DNA from: Candidatus Levyibacteriota bacterium | GTDB lineage: Bacteria > Patescibacteriota > Microgenomatia > Levybacterales > UBA12049 | Assembly (NCBI GenBank): GCA_003173895.1 | Contig: PJMG01000022.1 | Location: forward strand, 67,454-131,453 | Direction: 5' to 3' | Length of the DNA: 64,000 bases | Part shown: positions 9,901 through 22,289 of the stretch, one piece after another | How the letters are laid out: each line of letters begins with the position of its first letter | Position numbering within the stretch: position 1 is the stretch's first letter | Made by a program: the position numbers and the translations under genes | The notes under the pieces: generated by a model | Told to the model about the DNA's origin: nothing | Database searches by the model: none | Seen by the model: the letters and a program-made list of their open reading frames with translations, nothing else

Positions 9901-10740
9901 TTATTGTTTTTGAGCATAAGTGGATGAAATCCAACCTGATTTAGCTGATCCTGAAGACAATTTTATTTCATACCATCCTGATTGTTCAGATAGAAGTGGA
10001 TAAATTTCACCTGGATTAACTTCTCCTACCTCATTACCTCCTAGAGAAGGATTATCACGAACACGTAAAAATCCCGTAGGAGTTTCTAAAATTTTTACGC
10101 TTGATTGTGCTACAGTAGGTGATGGACTAGCAATAGGAGATGAGGATACTTTAGAACTTGAATCAGAAGTCGCTAGAAAGATTATCGCATCTAATTTATA
10201 TCCATCTACACTATGAATTTTTATATCCTTATTACTATATCCATCATGTGACACAGTAATATCATGATCAGAAGCTGTAACTGTCTGAGTAAGTGGGGCA
10301 GTACCTGTATTTTCTCCATCTATAGATACTTTAGCACTGTAAGGGAAGGATGCTATAAAAATCTGAGCTTTAGTATTATCCCCTAATTTATCCAGTGTAA
10401 TAACACTACCTGAAGACTTTCCCACAGGTCCAAAAGTACGATCTACTACTGTTAAAACCGAAGGATTTATATCTATTTTATAATCAAATTCCTCTAGTCC
10501 TGATTTCTCAGGAATTAATTTTAAATCATAGCTCTTAACTGGAAGTAAAGCATTAGTATCACAATCACACAAGGGAGTTTCACCTACATATTTTCCATCT
10601 AAATAAACCTTAGATTTAGGAATAGAAGTAACTTGTAGAGCACCTTTACCAGTACTTTTACTATAAAATAAGGCAATTATCAATAAAAATACTCCAATGG
10701 CAAAAATGATAGGAGATAAATAAAAAAGAAATCTTCGCAT
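9901..10740 (-). CDS. Membrane-anchored PEGA-repeat protein with C-terminal bacterial SH3 domain
   Basis: Two S.P..A.V.IDG...G.TP repeats; LRVR..P and GWISS.Y of SH3b. Confidence 0.82.
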   Translation of the reverse strand: MRRFLFYLSPIIFAIGVFLLIIALFYSKSTGKGALQVTSIPKSKVYLDGKYVGETPLCDCDTNALLPVKSYDLKLIPEKSGLEEFDYKIDINPSVLTVVDRTFGPVGKSSGSVITLDKLGDNTKAQIFIASFPYSAKVSIDGENTGTAPLTQTVTASDHDITVSHDGYSNKDIKIHSVDGYKLDAIIFLATSDSSSKVSSSPIASPSPTVAQSSVKILETPTGFLRVRDNPSLGGNEVGEVNPGEIYPLLSEQSGWYEIKLSSGSAKSGWISSTYAQKQ

Positions 10741-10787
10741 ATATCTATTTTAGCAAAGAAAGTAAATTAAAATGAAGGTGAATTTAT

Positions 10788-10809
10788 AAAAAATCCGCTT
10801 TCAAGCGGA
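10788..10809 (-). terminator. Intrinsic terminator downstream of groEL
   Basis: TCCGCT-TGAA-AGCGGA hairpin followed by T6 on the minus strand. Confidence 0.75.
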
Positions 10810-10851
10810 CTAAATTAGTTTTACCTTTTAAATTTTAATTTCTAAATTATG

Positions 10852-12824
<1,973 letters not shown>

Positions 12825-12944
12825 TTTTTGCTGTTTAATATATATCAAATTATCATTTTTCCTGTCAAGATCCTAAAAAATGAAATGATTAACATTGACA
12901 CACTATCTTATCTTCTTCTACTATTAGAATAGTACATTATTTTT

Positions 12945-14105
12945 ATGAAAACCAAACTCATTCTTATAGGTTTTTTAGTTTTAGTTTTGCTAGCTATTCC
13001 ATTAACTATTTTTATCTTACAACAACAAACTCAAACTGCTCAACATGCTGCACCTTCTACTAATATTTCTTTATCTACCACTCAACAGCAGCTAACAGTA
13101 GGACAAAATTTTCAAGTTAATGTAAATATAGATCCAGGAAGTAATCAAATTTCTTTTGTAAAATTAAATATTTCCTACGATAAAACTAAAATTGCTACTG
13201 CTGGCGCTGGAATAACTCCTAACCAAAGTTTAAATTTACAAACACTTGAAGGTCCTACATATACTAACTGTTCTGGTAATACTTGTTATATTAGTGTAGC
13301 TTATGGTATCGCTGCTAATAAGGCTAATGCTATTTCCTCAGCAGATACTTTAGCCACTATTAACTTTACAGCTGTTGCATCTACAACTGACACTGGTTCT
13401 ACTACTGTTGGTTTTGGTAATGGTAACCAAGCTTATTCACTCGCTCCAACAGATCAACCAACTCAAAATGCTATAGTAAATACTCAAAGCCTTCAACTTA
13501 CTATAAATGATGTAGCTAGTCCTACGCCCGCAGAAGCAACTGATACCCCTACACCTGCTACAGTTACTGATACACCAACTCCAGAACAGACAAGTGGTGG
13601 TGGCACCAATGGAGGAGGAGAAAATACTACTCCTACTACTGTAGCTTCTAATAGTTCACTTCTTTGTAATAGCTTAACCGCAGACAATACTAGCAGTCCA
13701 TCTGCACCTTTCACAGTTAATTTCACTGTAATAGGATCAGATACTACTTCTAACGTAAATCAAGTTACACTTAATTTTGGTGACGGAAGCACTCAGGATT
13801 TAACTAGTGGAGGAGGAATCGGAACAGGAAGTATAAATGCTCAAATATCTCACACTTATCCAAATACAGGTATATTTACTTCTTCTGCTATTTTAACTGA
13901 TGATACTGGTGCTACTAGCGATTCTTCATCATGTACTCAAGTCATTACTATTGGCACTAATCAACCAACTAATTCACCTACTCCCACGCTTTCAGGTACA
14001 CCGCTTACAGCTATGAATACAGGCCCTGGTAGCACTTTCTTAATATTGGGTGGAATCGGAAGCATTATAACTATAATTGGCGCTGCAATATTATTTGGGC
14101 TATAA
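12945..14105 (+). CDS. Surface protein: N-terminal TM, cohesin-like domain, Thr/Pro linker, PKD domain, C-terminal TM
   Basis: VGQNFQVNVNID...ISYD (cohesin-like); LNFGDGS...SHTY (PKD); xxNTG before the TM. Confidence 0.75.
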   Translation: MKTKLILIGFLVLVLLAIPLTIFILQQQTQTAQHAAPSTNISLSTTQQQLTVGQNFQVNVNIDPGSNQISFVKLNISYDKTKIATAGAGITPNQSLNLQTLEGPTYTNCSGNTCYISVAYGIAANKANAISSADTLATINFTAVASTTDTGSTTVGFGNGNQAYSLAPTDQPTQNAIVNTQSLQLTINDVASPTPAEATDTPTPATVTDTPTPEQTSGGGTNGGGENTTPTTVASNSSLLCNSLTADNTSSPSAPFTVNFTVIGSDTTSNVNQVTLNFGDGSTQDLTSGGGIGTGSINAQISHTYPNTGIFTSSAILTDDTGATSDSSSCTQVITIGTNQPTNSPTPTLSGTPLTAMNTGPGSTFLILGGIGSIITIIGAAILFGL

Positions 14106-14119
14106 ACAAAGAGAGCTAT

Positions 14120-14261
14120 ATGTATTTTTAAATAGCATTGAAAATTTGTTATGTTATATTTTGACATTAATAAAAGTTTAATGGCAAATTTTCACGAGTG
14201 AGAGAAGGATTAAAGTTTTAAATTACAAATAATGTTAGCGAACGCCTATTTAAAAATATAT
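14120..14261 (+). repeat. Structured intergenic element, copy A
   Basis: 16-bp closing stem and inner 14-bp stem; exact 18-nt and 21-nt matches to 57357-57374 and 57415-57435. Confidence 0.75.
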
Positions 14262-14301
14262 TCTGCGAGATTAGAAAAAGTTAGATAATTTTTATAGAAT
14301 T

Positions 14302-16035
14302 TTAATTCTTAATCATCGAGAATAGTACATTTTGAGGAATTTCTACTTTAGAAATACCTAGCATTTTCTTTTTACCTTTTTTCTGCGCTTCAAGTAATTT
14401 ATCTTTTCTGGTTCTATCTCCACCACTCATTTTAGCCAAAACATCTTTTCTAAAAGGTGGGATTTCTTCTCTGGCTAAAATTCTAGCTCCAATAGCACAT
14501 TGAATAATTTGTCTAAACTGCTGGCGTGGTAAGAGTTCTTTTAATTTTTCTCCCTTTTCTCGTGCTACATATTCAGCTTCATCTCTATAAGTTTTTTCTG
14601 ATAAAACATCTATTACTTCTCCATTTATCATCACATCAATATCCACTAAATCCGCTGCTCTAAAATCAATCAATTCATAATCTATAGAAGCAAAACCAGA
14701 AGTTACAGATTTTAACTCATTAGAAACGCCTTTTAAAAATTTAGAAAGTGGCATATCATAACTGATAATTACATTATCATCTGAATAAGAAATATCCAGC
14801 ATTATGCCACGAGCTTTCTGGCAAACTGTCATTACAGATCCAACATATTCCTTAGGTGCATAAACGTTAAGTTGTATAAATGGTTCTAAATATTCATCAA
14901 TTTTTTTCTCATACTCTACATGCGGAACGGTAAATAAAGGATCTAAACCAAATTCTTGATTTAATCTTTCTTTAAAAATTTCAGCATGTAAAAGTCCTAA
15001 AAAACCTACTCTAAAGCCGCTACCTAAAAAATTAGAATATTCCTCAGAGAAACTTATAGAAGCATCTGTAAGAGATAATTTTTCAATAGCCATTCTTAAA
15101 TTCACTAAATCGTCAGTAGTTTTAGGATAGACGCCGAAAAAAACTAATGGTTTAGCAGGATTATAACCAGGAAGAGCCTGAATATTTTTACCGAACAACC
15201 CAACAGTTTCTCCGACTCTAACTAATCTAATATCTTTAACTCCTGTAACTATGTAACCAATTTCTCCACTTTCTAATTCGTTAGAAGAAATTAAATTAGG
15301 TTTAAAAATTCCTACTTCTATTACGTGAGCATTAGTATTAGTTTGAACAAATTTTAATTCGTCGTTTTTCTTAACTTTGCCATCTACTATTTTTACAAAG
15401 GCCACCACTCCTCGATGTTCATCATAAACTGCATCAAAAATAAGCGCTCGAAGATCATTAGTTAGCTCACCTAAAGGAGAAGGAATAATTTGAATTACTT
15501 TTTCTAGTAAATATTTTACATTTTCGCCAGTCCGAGCAGAAATAGAAATAATTTCATCTTTATTAAATCCTAAATTTTCTATTTGTCTTTTTACTTTTTC
15601 TACTTCTGCTAAAGGTGAGTCAATTTTATTAATTACAGGAATTATGACTAAATTTTGTTTCTGAGCCTCGCGAAGATGAGCGATAGTCTGAGCTTGTACT
15701 CCTTGAGTCGCATCAATTAATAGAACCGCTCCCTCACAAGCCGCCAAGGTTCTAGACACTTCATAAGAAAAATCTACATGCCCAGGAGTATCAATCAAAT
15801 TCAATACAAAAGTCGACTCTGAAATTTCTGGTTTGTATTCCATACGAACTGGTGCTAGTTTTATAGTAATTCCCCGTTCACGAGAAATGGGATTTTGGTC
15901 TAAAAATTGTTCTTGTTTAGCAATTTTAGTTTTATCAATAGTTCCAGTTAGTTCTAAAAACCTATCTGATAAAGTAGATTTTCCATGATCTACATGAGCA
16001 ATAATCGCGAAATTTCTAATATTAGTTTTATTCAT
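14302..16035 (-). CDS. lepA: Elongation factor 4 (LepA)
   Basis: IRNFAIIAHVDHGKSTL, DTPGHVDF and the LepA C-terminal GGDRTRK.KLL. Confidence 0.98.
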   Translation of the reverse strand: MNKTNIRNFAIIAHVDHGKSTLSDRFLELTGTIDKTKIAKQEQFLDQNPISRERGITIKLAPVRMEYKPEISESTFVLNLIDTPGHVDFSYEVSRTLAACEGAVLLIDATQGVQAQTIAHLREAQKQNLVIIPVINKIDSPLAEVEKVKRQIENLGFNKDEIISISARTGENVKYLLEKVIQIIPSPLGELTNDLRALIFDAVYDEHRGVVAFVKIVDGKVKKNDELKFVQTNTNAHVIEVGIFKPNLISSNELESGEIGYIVTGVKDIRLVRVGETVGLFGKNIQALPGYNPAKPLVFFGVYPKTTDDLVNLRMAIEKLSLTDASISFSEEYSNFLGSGFRVGFLGLLHAEIFKERLNQEFGLDPLFTVPHVEYEKKIDEYLEPFIQLNVYAPKEYVGSVMTVCQKARGIMLDISYSDDNVIISYDMPLSKFLKGVSNELKSVTSGFASIDYELIDFRAADLVDIDVMINGEVIDVLSEKTYRDEAEYVAREKGEKLKELLPRQQFRQIIQCAIGARILAREEIPPFRKDVLAKMSGGDRTRKDKLLEAQKKGKKKMLGISKVEIPQNVLFSMIKN

Positions 16036-16076
16036 AAGTGGAGTATACCAAAAGAAAGCCTGATAAGGCCAATTAA

Positions 16077-17735
16077 TTAAACTTTAACTCTAGCGGGGTC
16101 CGCGACTGCATCTGTTTTACGAAGAATATCTTTAGCATTACCAATTTTTTTGAAGAGTAAAATAAAAGTCGATGCTTCTTTTACATTTAAAAACCAAGTT
16201 AAAAATAAGTAAATAGCAAAACCACAAGCACTTGAAACTCCTGTTAACATAAGTAAATTTATAGTTTTAGTAGTATCAAAAACTAACTGATCTAAAAGTT
16301 TTATAGGAATATAGAGTGCTATTCCTAAACAGAAAGCGGCAAAGAAAATTTTCCACGAACTTTTCATGAATAAAAGATTTTTAAATCCGCCAACAGAATA
16401 ATTTAAACAAATTATAAGAATAATAAAATTAATTAAATTGGATAATGTATAAAACCAGGCTACTGTTTGAATATTTCCTTTAAAATAAAAGATAGTAATA
16501 AATGAACCTACTAGCATAACTACTGTAGCAATCATCCCTGCTATTAAGGGAGTCCGAGTGTCATGAAGTGCATAAAAAGCTTTAGAAATAAGATAAATTA
16601 AACTTTGAGCAAAAAGTGAAATAGAAAGAATTGCTAAAGTTTTACCCGTTAAAACAGTAGCTTCCCAATCAAATCGGTAAGCCCCATAAATCAATCTTAC
16701 AACTGGAATTCTTAGAACAATTAAAACTACTGAAAGAGGTAAAACTAAATATAACATTTGAGTAAAGCTAGAAGAAAAGGTAGCTTTAAACTCATCTAAT
16801 TTATTTCTCTCTCGAGAAAGAATTGGAAATGCGGCTTGGGATAAACTTTGACCAATTAAACCCACAGGAGCAAAAGCTAAAATTAATGCATAATCAAAAA
16901 TTGCATAGGAACGTCCAGCATCATGTAAAAAAGAAATTAAAAATAATGTAATAATTGTTCCTATTTGGGAAATAGCTAGATAAGTAGTTCTGGGCCACAT
17001 AAGATTAAATATTTGTTTAAAGCCAAAATTTTTAAAATCAAAATTAACATTTAACTTGAAACCTACTATTTTTACGAATGGAATTTGAAGTATTGCGAAT
17101 AATAAAGATCCTATTATTACACCAATAGCTGGAGCATAAATCCCAAAATTTTTATAAAAAAGTATTATTCCTAATATAATGCCTAAATTATAAAAAGAAG
17201 CCGCTATACCTGTAATAAAAAAATGATTGTAGCACTGAAGTATAGCGGAGAAAAAAGAAGCAAGCATAAAAATTATTTCACCCAGTATTATTATTCGCAT
17301 TAAATTCGACATTAAATTAAGATCAGTACTAGAAAACCCAGGAGCCACTATATAAACAAAGAATGGCGAAAAAATAAAAAGAATTATAGAAATGACTAAG
17401 AAAATTAAAATTCCAATTGTTATAAATGAAGAAGCGAATTTAAATCCTTCTTTTTCTTCATTTTTAGATAAAAAATCTGCAAAAATAGGGATGAAAGAAG
17501 AAGAAATCGCTCCTGCTATAATTACTTGAAATAAAAGATCAGGTAATCTGCTAGATGCTAGATAAACACCTAAAGAATTTGATGCTCCATAAATTCCGAC
17601 TAATAATCTCTGTCTAAAAAGTCCTAGAATTTGAGAGAAAATTACAGTTCCCATGAGGACAAAAGCCGCTGACAAAATATTGGTTTGCCGGCGAAGTAAA
17701 ATATTGAGCCCCTTTTTTAAAAGATCTGTTGGCAT
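16077..17735 (-). CDS. murJ: Lipid II flippase MurJ
   Basis: SQILGLFR, RLPD, GAISSSFIP and FYALHDTRTP motifs; multi-TM. Confidence 0.93.
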   Translation of the reverse strand: MPTDLLKKGLNILLRRQTNILSAAFVLMGTVIFSQILGLFRQRLLVGIYGASNSLGVYLASSRLPDLLFQVIIAGAISSSFIPIFADFLSKNEEKEGFKFASSFITIGILIFLVISIILFIFSPFFVYIVAPGFSSTDLNLMSNLMRIIILGEIIFMLASFFSAILQCYNHFFITGIAASFYNLGIILGIILFYKNFGIYAPAIGVIIGSLLFAILQIPFVKIVGFKLNVNFDFKNFGFKQIFNLMWPRTTYLAISQIGTIITLFLISFLHDAGRSYAIFDYALILAFAPVGLIGQSLSQAAFPILSRERNKLDEFKATFSSSFTQMLYLVLPLSVVLIVLRIPVVRLIYGAYRFDWEATVLTGKTLAILSISLFAQSLIYLISKAFYALHDTRTPLIAGMIATVVMLVGSFITIFYFKGNIQTVAWFYTLSNLINFIILIICLNYSVGGFKNLLFMKSSWKIFFAAFCLGIALYIPIKLLDQLVFDTTKTINLLMLTGVSSACGFAIYLFLTWFLNVKEASTFILLFKKIGNAKDILRKTDAVADPARVKV

Positions 17736-17769
17736 TGTGATTTAAAGTATAACATGCTAAAATATCCAT

Positions 17770-18081
17770 ATGCCAGTAATTAAATCTGCTATTAAAAAAT
17801 TAAGAAAAGACATTAAGCGTGAGAAAGCTAATAGTAACTTTGAAAAAATGCTTAAAGATGCTATTAAGAAAACTAAAAAAAGTTTAACAGATAAAAATAT
17901 CGCTAATCTTTTTTCATTAGCTGATAAAGCTGCTAAAAAGCATATTATTCATAAAAACAAAGCATCTAGAATTAAATCTAGAATCTCTAAACTGTTAACA
18001 GTAAAAAGTCCAAAAACAGAAACTAAAGTAGTCGCTAAAAAAACAACTAAAAAGAAAACTTCAAAAACCGCTAAAAAATAA
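17770..18081 (+). CDS. rpsT: 30S ribosomal protein S20 with Lys-rich tail
   Basis: MPVIKSAIK and DKAAKK.IIHKNKASR.KSR. Confidence 0.95.
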   Translation: MPVIKSAIKKLRKDIKREKANSNFEKMLKDAIKKTKKSLTDKNIANLFSLADKAAKKHIIHKNKASRIKSRISKLLTVKSPKTETKVVAKKTTKKKTSKTAKK

Positions 18082-18089
18082 ATCTTCTT

Positions 18090-18118
18090 TGACAAAGTTA
18101 CTCAAACAAAATACACTA
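18090..18118 (+). promoter_or_regulatory. Sigma70 promoter (leaderless) for the pilN operon
   Basis: TTGACA-N17-TACACT, ending 6 nt before GTG 18124. Confidence 0.7.
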
Positions 18119-18123
18119 AAATT

Positions 18124-18675
18124 GTGCCGGGAAATGTTTCAATTAACCTCGCTAGGAAAAGAAAAAAAAACTATGTAGACCAATTTATAAGTTGGTCTTT
18201 AACCATAGGTCGTCTTATTGTAATTTTAACTGAAGTTTTAGCGCTTTCTGCTTTTATTTATAGATTTGGTTTAGACAGACAGTTAGTAAATCTACATGAC
18301 AGAATAGTCCAGGAACAAGCTATAGTATCTTTTTTAAAGAAAAATGAGACTACTTATCGTAATCTTCAAGATCGACTATCTCTAGCCCAAAAGGTAACAG
18401 CTGCTCAAGATAATAATATACAGATTTATGATGAGGTAAAAAGTCTTATACCTACTGATTTTGATGTCCAAAATTTCACTTTTTCACTGGATAGTATCAA
18501 AATTACAGCAGCTACAAGTTCCGTGGCATCTTTGGGTGATTTCGTGAATGCTGTTAAAAATAATTCTGAAGTTAGTAGTGTTAGTATAGATGATATAGAA
18601 AATAGAACTGGATATTCCACCATTCAAATATCTTTAACCATTTATTTAAAAACTAATCAAGCAAAAAATCTATGA
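18124..18675 (+). CDS. pilN: PilN-like type IV pilus alignment protein
   Basis: INL motif, TM, coiled coil, ferredoxin-like C-terminus. Confidence 0.7.
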   Translation: MPGNVSINLARKRKKNYVDQFISWSLTIGRLIVILTEVLALSAFIYRFGLDRQLVNLHDRIVQEQAIVSFLKKNETTYRNLQDRLSLAQKVTAAQDNNIQIYDEVKSLIPTDFDVQNFTFSLDSIKITAATSSVASLGDFVNAVKNNSEVSSVSIDDIENRTGYSTIQISLTIYLKTNQAKNL

Positions 18676-19283
18676 CGTTAAAAAATAATTTAAATTTACA
18701 AATAGCAAAAAGTATAAATTTTAGTCAGATTTTTCCTAGAATTAAAGAGGAAAGAACCAGAAATTTTGCTACTATTAGTATGTCACTTTTAGCAGTAATG
18801 TTTTTTGGTATTTTTGCTATAAGTCCGACTTTTGGTACTATTTCTCAGATTAATAAACAAATACAAGACGATCAATTTTTAGATACACAATTAACTGCAA
18901 AAATTACTAATCTAACTCGTCTTCAAGAACAATATGTCCTTTTACAGAATTCAATTCCTATAATTGAAACTGCCATACCCACTACTGCGCAAACCACATT
19001 ATTCTTGGCTCAACTTCAAGCTGTAGCACAGGAAAGTAATGTTCAATTAAGTAGAGCTCAAATTTTACCAGTAGAAGTTTCTATAGGCAATTCTACTAAT
19101 TATAATTCTTTTGCTTTTTCTGTAGATGCTGTAGGATCAAAATCAACTATTGATGATTTTTTGAAAAATTTAAGTAATTTTAATAGGCTTATTCTTATAA
19201 CCGATTTTTCTATAGTTGAAGAATCTAGTGATATAAATCAATCTAGAATAGATATTAAAGGCAAAGCATTTTTTAAATCATAA
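18672..19283 (+). CDS. pilO: PilO-like type IV pilus alignment protein
   Basis: TM, coiled coil, ..IP....FL..L and G....I..FL..L....RLI pattern. Confidence 0.78.
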   Translation: MTLKNNLNLQIAKSINFSQIFPRIKEERTRNFATISMSLLAVMFFGIFAISPTFGTISQINKQIQDDQFLDTQLTAKITNLTRLQEQYVLLQNSIPIIETAIPTTAQTTLFLAQLQAVAQESNVQLSRAQILPVEVSIGNSTNYNSFAFSVDAVGSKSTIDDFLKNLSNFNRLILITDFSIVEESSDINQSRIDIKGKAFFKS

Positions 19284-19285
19284 AT

Positions 19286-19639
19286 ATGAAAAGAACTGAT
19301 TTTTTCTTGATACTAATTGGAGGAACTATTATAGTTATTGCTTGGATAGCATTTTCAGTGGTTCATAATTTACAAACATCTACATTATCAAATGAAAGCG
19401 TAAGCCAAACATTACCTATTGCACCAAATTTTGATACGAATACAATAAATAAAATAAAAGATAGAAATATGGTAACTCCTCAATTTAATTTAGGTAATGT
19501 TAGTGCTAGCCAAGCTGGCATTTTACCTACACCTACACCCACACCCACACCTGTTTTGACGCCACTACCGACTATAGTAATTAATCAAAGTTTGAATCCG
19601 CCGACTGAAGTATCAACAGAAGGAGGAACAACACAATGA
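19286..19639 (+). CDS. Membrane-anchored protein with PT repeats
   Basis: N-terminal TM and PTPTPTPTP tract; follows pilO. Confidence 0.65.
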   Translation: MKRTDFFLILIGGTIIVIAWIAFSVVHNLQTSTLSNESVSQTLPIAPNFDTNTINKIKDRNMVTPQFNLGNVSASQAGILPTPTPTPTPVLTPLPTIVINQSLNPPTEVSTEGGTTQ

Positions 19640-21033
19640 CGCTAAAAAATTTTTGGGATAAAAAAATCCCAACTTTATTAGGAATTTTCTTAATTGCTGT
19701 TGCTGTAGGTTTAACCTCATATTTAGCACAAATTGGTGTATTACCATTTTTAAATGCAGCACCGAGCGAAACTCCTACAGATATAAGAATAACTAATATT
19801 AGTGATTTTGCTTTTACAGTAACTTATAAAACTGCTGATAGCGTAATTGGAACTATTTCATATGGAACAGATAAAAAATTAGGACAAATAGCTTTAGATG
19901 ATAGAGACCAAAAATCTGGTAATCCCCAAAATTATAATTTACACAGCATAACTGTTAGACAATTATCTGCATCTACCACTTATTATTTTTCTATTCTCTC
20001 AGGTAAAACTACCTTTTTAAATAATAATCAGGATTTTACAGTTACTACAGGACCTAAGGTAAATAGAACTCCTAGTGATGTACCACCTGTAAGTGGAAAA
20101 ATCATTTTACCCACTGGCGAAATTCCAACTGAAAGTTTAGTTTTTGTTAAAACTGCAGCTAGCCAATTATTATCCACTTTAACTAACTCAGCAGGAATTT
20201 ATATTCTACCCATAAATACTCTACGTACATCTGATTTAACAGATTATGCTGCTATAACCAGTGGTACTGCATTTTATATTTTAGCCAATGATAATACTTA
20301 TTCATCTACTGCACTTTGGAGTGGAGATACTTCATCTCCTGTACCACTATTAACATTAGGTAATAACTATGATTTTACCGCTAGTTCTACTGCTATAGCA
20401 TCTACAGCAGCTCTACCTATTGGTTTTCCACAGTTTAATTTAGATACTAGCCTTAATGCTACACCACTCGTGGAAAGTCCTACTGATAATGAAAGTTTTT
20501 CTGATCAACAACCACTTTTTGCTGGTAAAGCTCTACCTAATAGTACTGTAGAAATTACTATTCATTCAGATCAAGCTATAAAAACTCAAGTCACTTCAGA
20601 TAAAAATGGAAATTGGATTTATAGACCTACCACACCGCTTTCTCCAGGACAACATACTCTAACTATAACTACGACTAATCAAAATGGGATATTACAAACT
20701 ATTGAAAAAACATTTACTATTTTCTCATCAGGCACACAGGTAGCTCAAGCTGCTACTCCATCTGCTACTCCAACTTCTAAACCTACTCCCACACTAATAC
20801 CAACAGTAACTGTAGCACCCACTAATACTCCTACATTAACATCAGTCCCTACTCCAACTTTAACACTAATTCCTACAACAACTAATAATACTATTAGTTC
20901 ACCTACGCCTACTGTAGCTACAAAACTACCTCCTACTGGAAATAATTCCAGTATAACTATTGGTATAATAGGCCTCTTAGGAACTCTCGCTGGAATAGCT
21001 TTATTCTTAGCATCGAAAGGTTCCGCTTTATGA
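19636..21033 (+). CDS. Surface protein with FnIII-like and Ig-like domains, PT-rich linker and LPPTG-TM tail
   Basis: P..IRITNI...L...TTYYF (FnIII); QPLF.G.A.P...GNW (Ig-like); AAGGAGG SD upstream. Confidence 0.78.
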   Translation: MTLKNFWDKKIPTLLGIFLIAVAVGLTSYLAQIGVLPFLNAAPSETPTDIRITNISDFAFTVTYKTADSVIGTISYGTDKKLGQIALDDRDQKSGNPQNYNLHSITVRQLSASTTYYFSILSGKTTFLNNNQDFTVTTGPKVNRTPSDVPPVSGKIILPTGEIPTESLVFVKTAASQLLSTLTNSAGIYILPINTLRTSDLTDYAAITSGTAFYILANDNTYSSTALWSGDTSSPVPLLTLGNNYDFTASSTAIASTAALPIGFPQFNLDTSLNATPLVESPTDNESFSDQQPLFAGKALPNSTVEITIHSDQAIKTQVTSDKNGNWIYRPTTPLSPGQHTLTITTTNQNGILQTIEKTFTIFSSGTQVAQAATPSATPTSKPTPTLIPTVTVAPTNTPTLTSVPTPTLTLIPTTTNNTISSPTPTVATKLPPTGNNSSITIGIIGLLGTLAGIALFLASKGSAL

Positions 21034-22283
21034 AAATAGGAATAATTGGTGCGGGTTTTACAGGGCTTTCTGCAGGCTATGAACTATTAAAGAAAGGTCA
21101 TGAAGTTTCGATTTTTGAAAGAGATTCTCATCCTGGAGGATTAGCTATTGGATATAAAGAAAACGGCTGGGATTGGACACTTGAGTCTTTTTATCACCAT
21201 TGGTTTACCAATGATTATGCAATATTAAATTTAGCAAAAGAGTTAAATTATAATGTGATTACTACCAGACCTAAAACCTCATCTTTAATTAAAAATAAAA
21301 TCTATCAACTAGACTCTCCTATTACACTTTTAAAATTTTCTAAATTATCTTTAGCTGAAAGGATCAGGATGGGAAGTGTTTTGGCATTTCTTCGATATAA
21401 TCCTTTCTGGAAACCTCTAGAGAGTAGAACGACGATGCAATTTTTATCTCATACTATTGGAAAAAGAGCATATAAAATACTTTGGGAACCATTATTAAAG
21501 GGTAAATTTGGTAATTATGCTGATGAAATATCTCTTGCTTGGTTTTGGGCACGAATAAGAAAACGAACCACACAACTTTCTTATCCAGAAGGTGGATTTT
21601 TAAAATTTGCAGAAACATTAACGAATAAAATAAAAACTATGAAAGGAAAAGTTTTCTTTAATGTTTCTATTGAAAGAGTAATGGAAGAAAATAATAAAGT
21701 GAATTTAGGTAAATTTGGTTTGTTTGATAAAGTTATTGTAACACTCCCTGGATTTATTTTTAGTAAAATTGCTCCACAACTTCCTGAAAATTATAAAGTA
21801 AAGCTCACAAATCTTAAAGGACTTGGCGCGTGTGTTTTAATTTTAAGATTAAAAAAACAATTTTTTTCAGATAATACCTATTGGCTTAATATTTGTAATT
21901 CAAATTCTCCTCTTCTAGCCATTGTTGAACATACAAATATGATAAGTAGTAAATACTATAATAATGAACATATTGTTTATTTAGGAAATTATTTACCACC
22001 AACTCATCCATATTTTTACATGCCGGAAAAGGAACTTTTAAAAACATTCGATCCCCTTTTAATAGAATTAAATTCAAATTATAAAAATAATATTATCGGT
22101 ATGAGAAAATTTACTACTCCTTTTGCTCAGCCTATTATTCCAGTCAATTATTCCAAAATGATTCCTCCTTTTGAGACACCATTGAAAAATGTTTATTTAG
22201 CAAACATGCAGCAAGTTTATCCTTGGGATAGAGGCACTAATTATGCTGTGGAATTGGGAGAAAAAGTAGCTAAACTAATTTAA
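21030..22283 (+). CDS. FAD-dependent oxidoreductase (amine oxidase/protoporphyrinogen oxidase-like)
   Basis: GAGFTG dinucleotide motif, E....GG, FYHH.F and YPWDRG.N. Confidence 0.85.
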   Translation: MKIGIIGAGFTGLSAGYELLKKGHEVSIFERDSHPGGLAIGYKENGWDWTLESFYHHWFTNDYAILNLAKELNYNVITTRPKTSSLIKNKIYQLDSPITLLKFSKLSLAERIRMGSVLAFLRYNPFWKPLESRTTMQFLSHTIGKRAYKILWEPLLKGKFGNYADEISLAWFWARIRKRTTQLSYPEGGFLKFAETLTNKIKTMKGKVFFNVSIERVMEENNKVNLGKFGLFDKVIVTLPGFIFSKIAPQLPENYKVKLTNLKGLGACVLILRLKKQFFSDNTYWLNICNSNSPLLAIVEHTNMISSKYYNNEHIVYLGNYLPPTHPYFYMPEKELLKTFDPLLIELNSNYKNNIIGMRKFTTPFAQPIIPVNYSKMIPPFETPLKNVYLANMQQVYPWDRGTNYAVELGEKVAKLI

Positions 22284-22289
22284 TAAAAT

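Noticed and set aside
12825-12944. CIRCE/HrcA operator upstream of groES
   Set aside because: No TTAGCACTC-N9-GAGTGCTAA present
19525-19570. Tandem CCTACA/CCCACA repeats (also about 20750-20930 and 13520-13580)
   Set aside because: Explained by Pro-Thr linkers; not a CRISPR array
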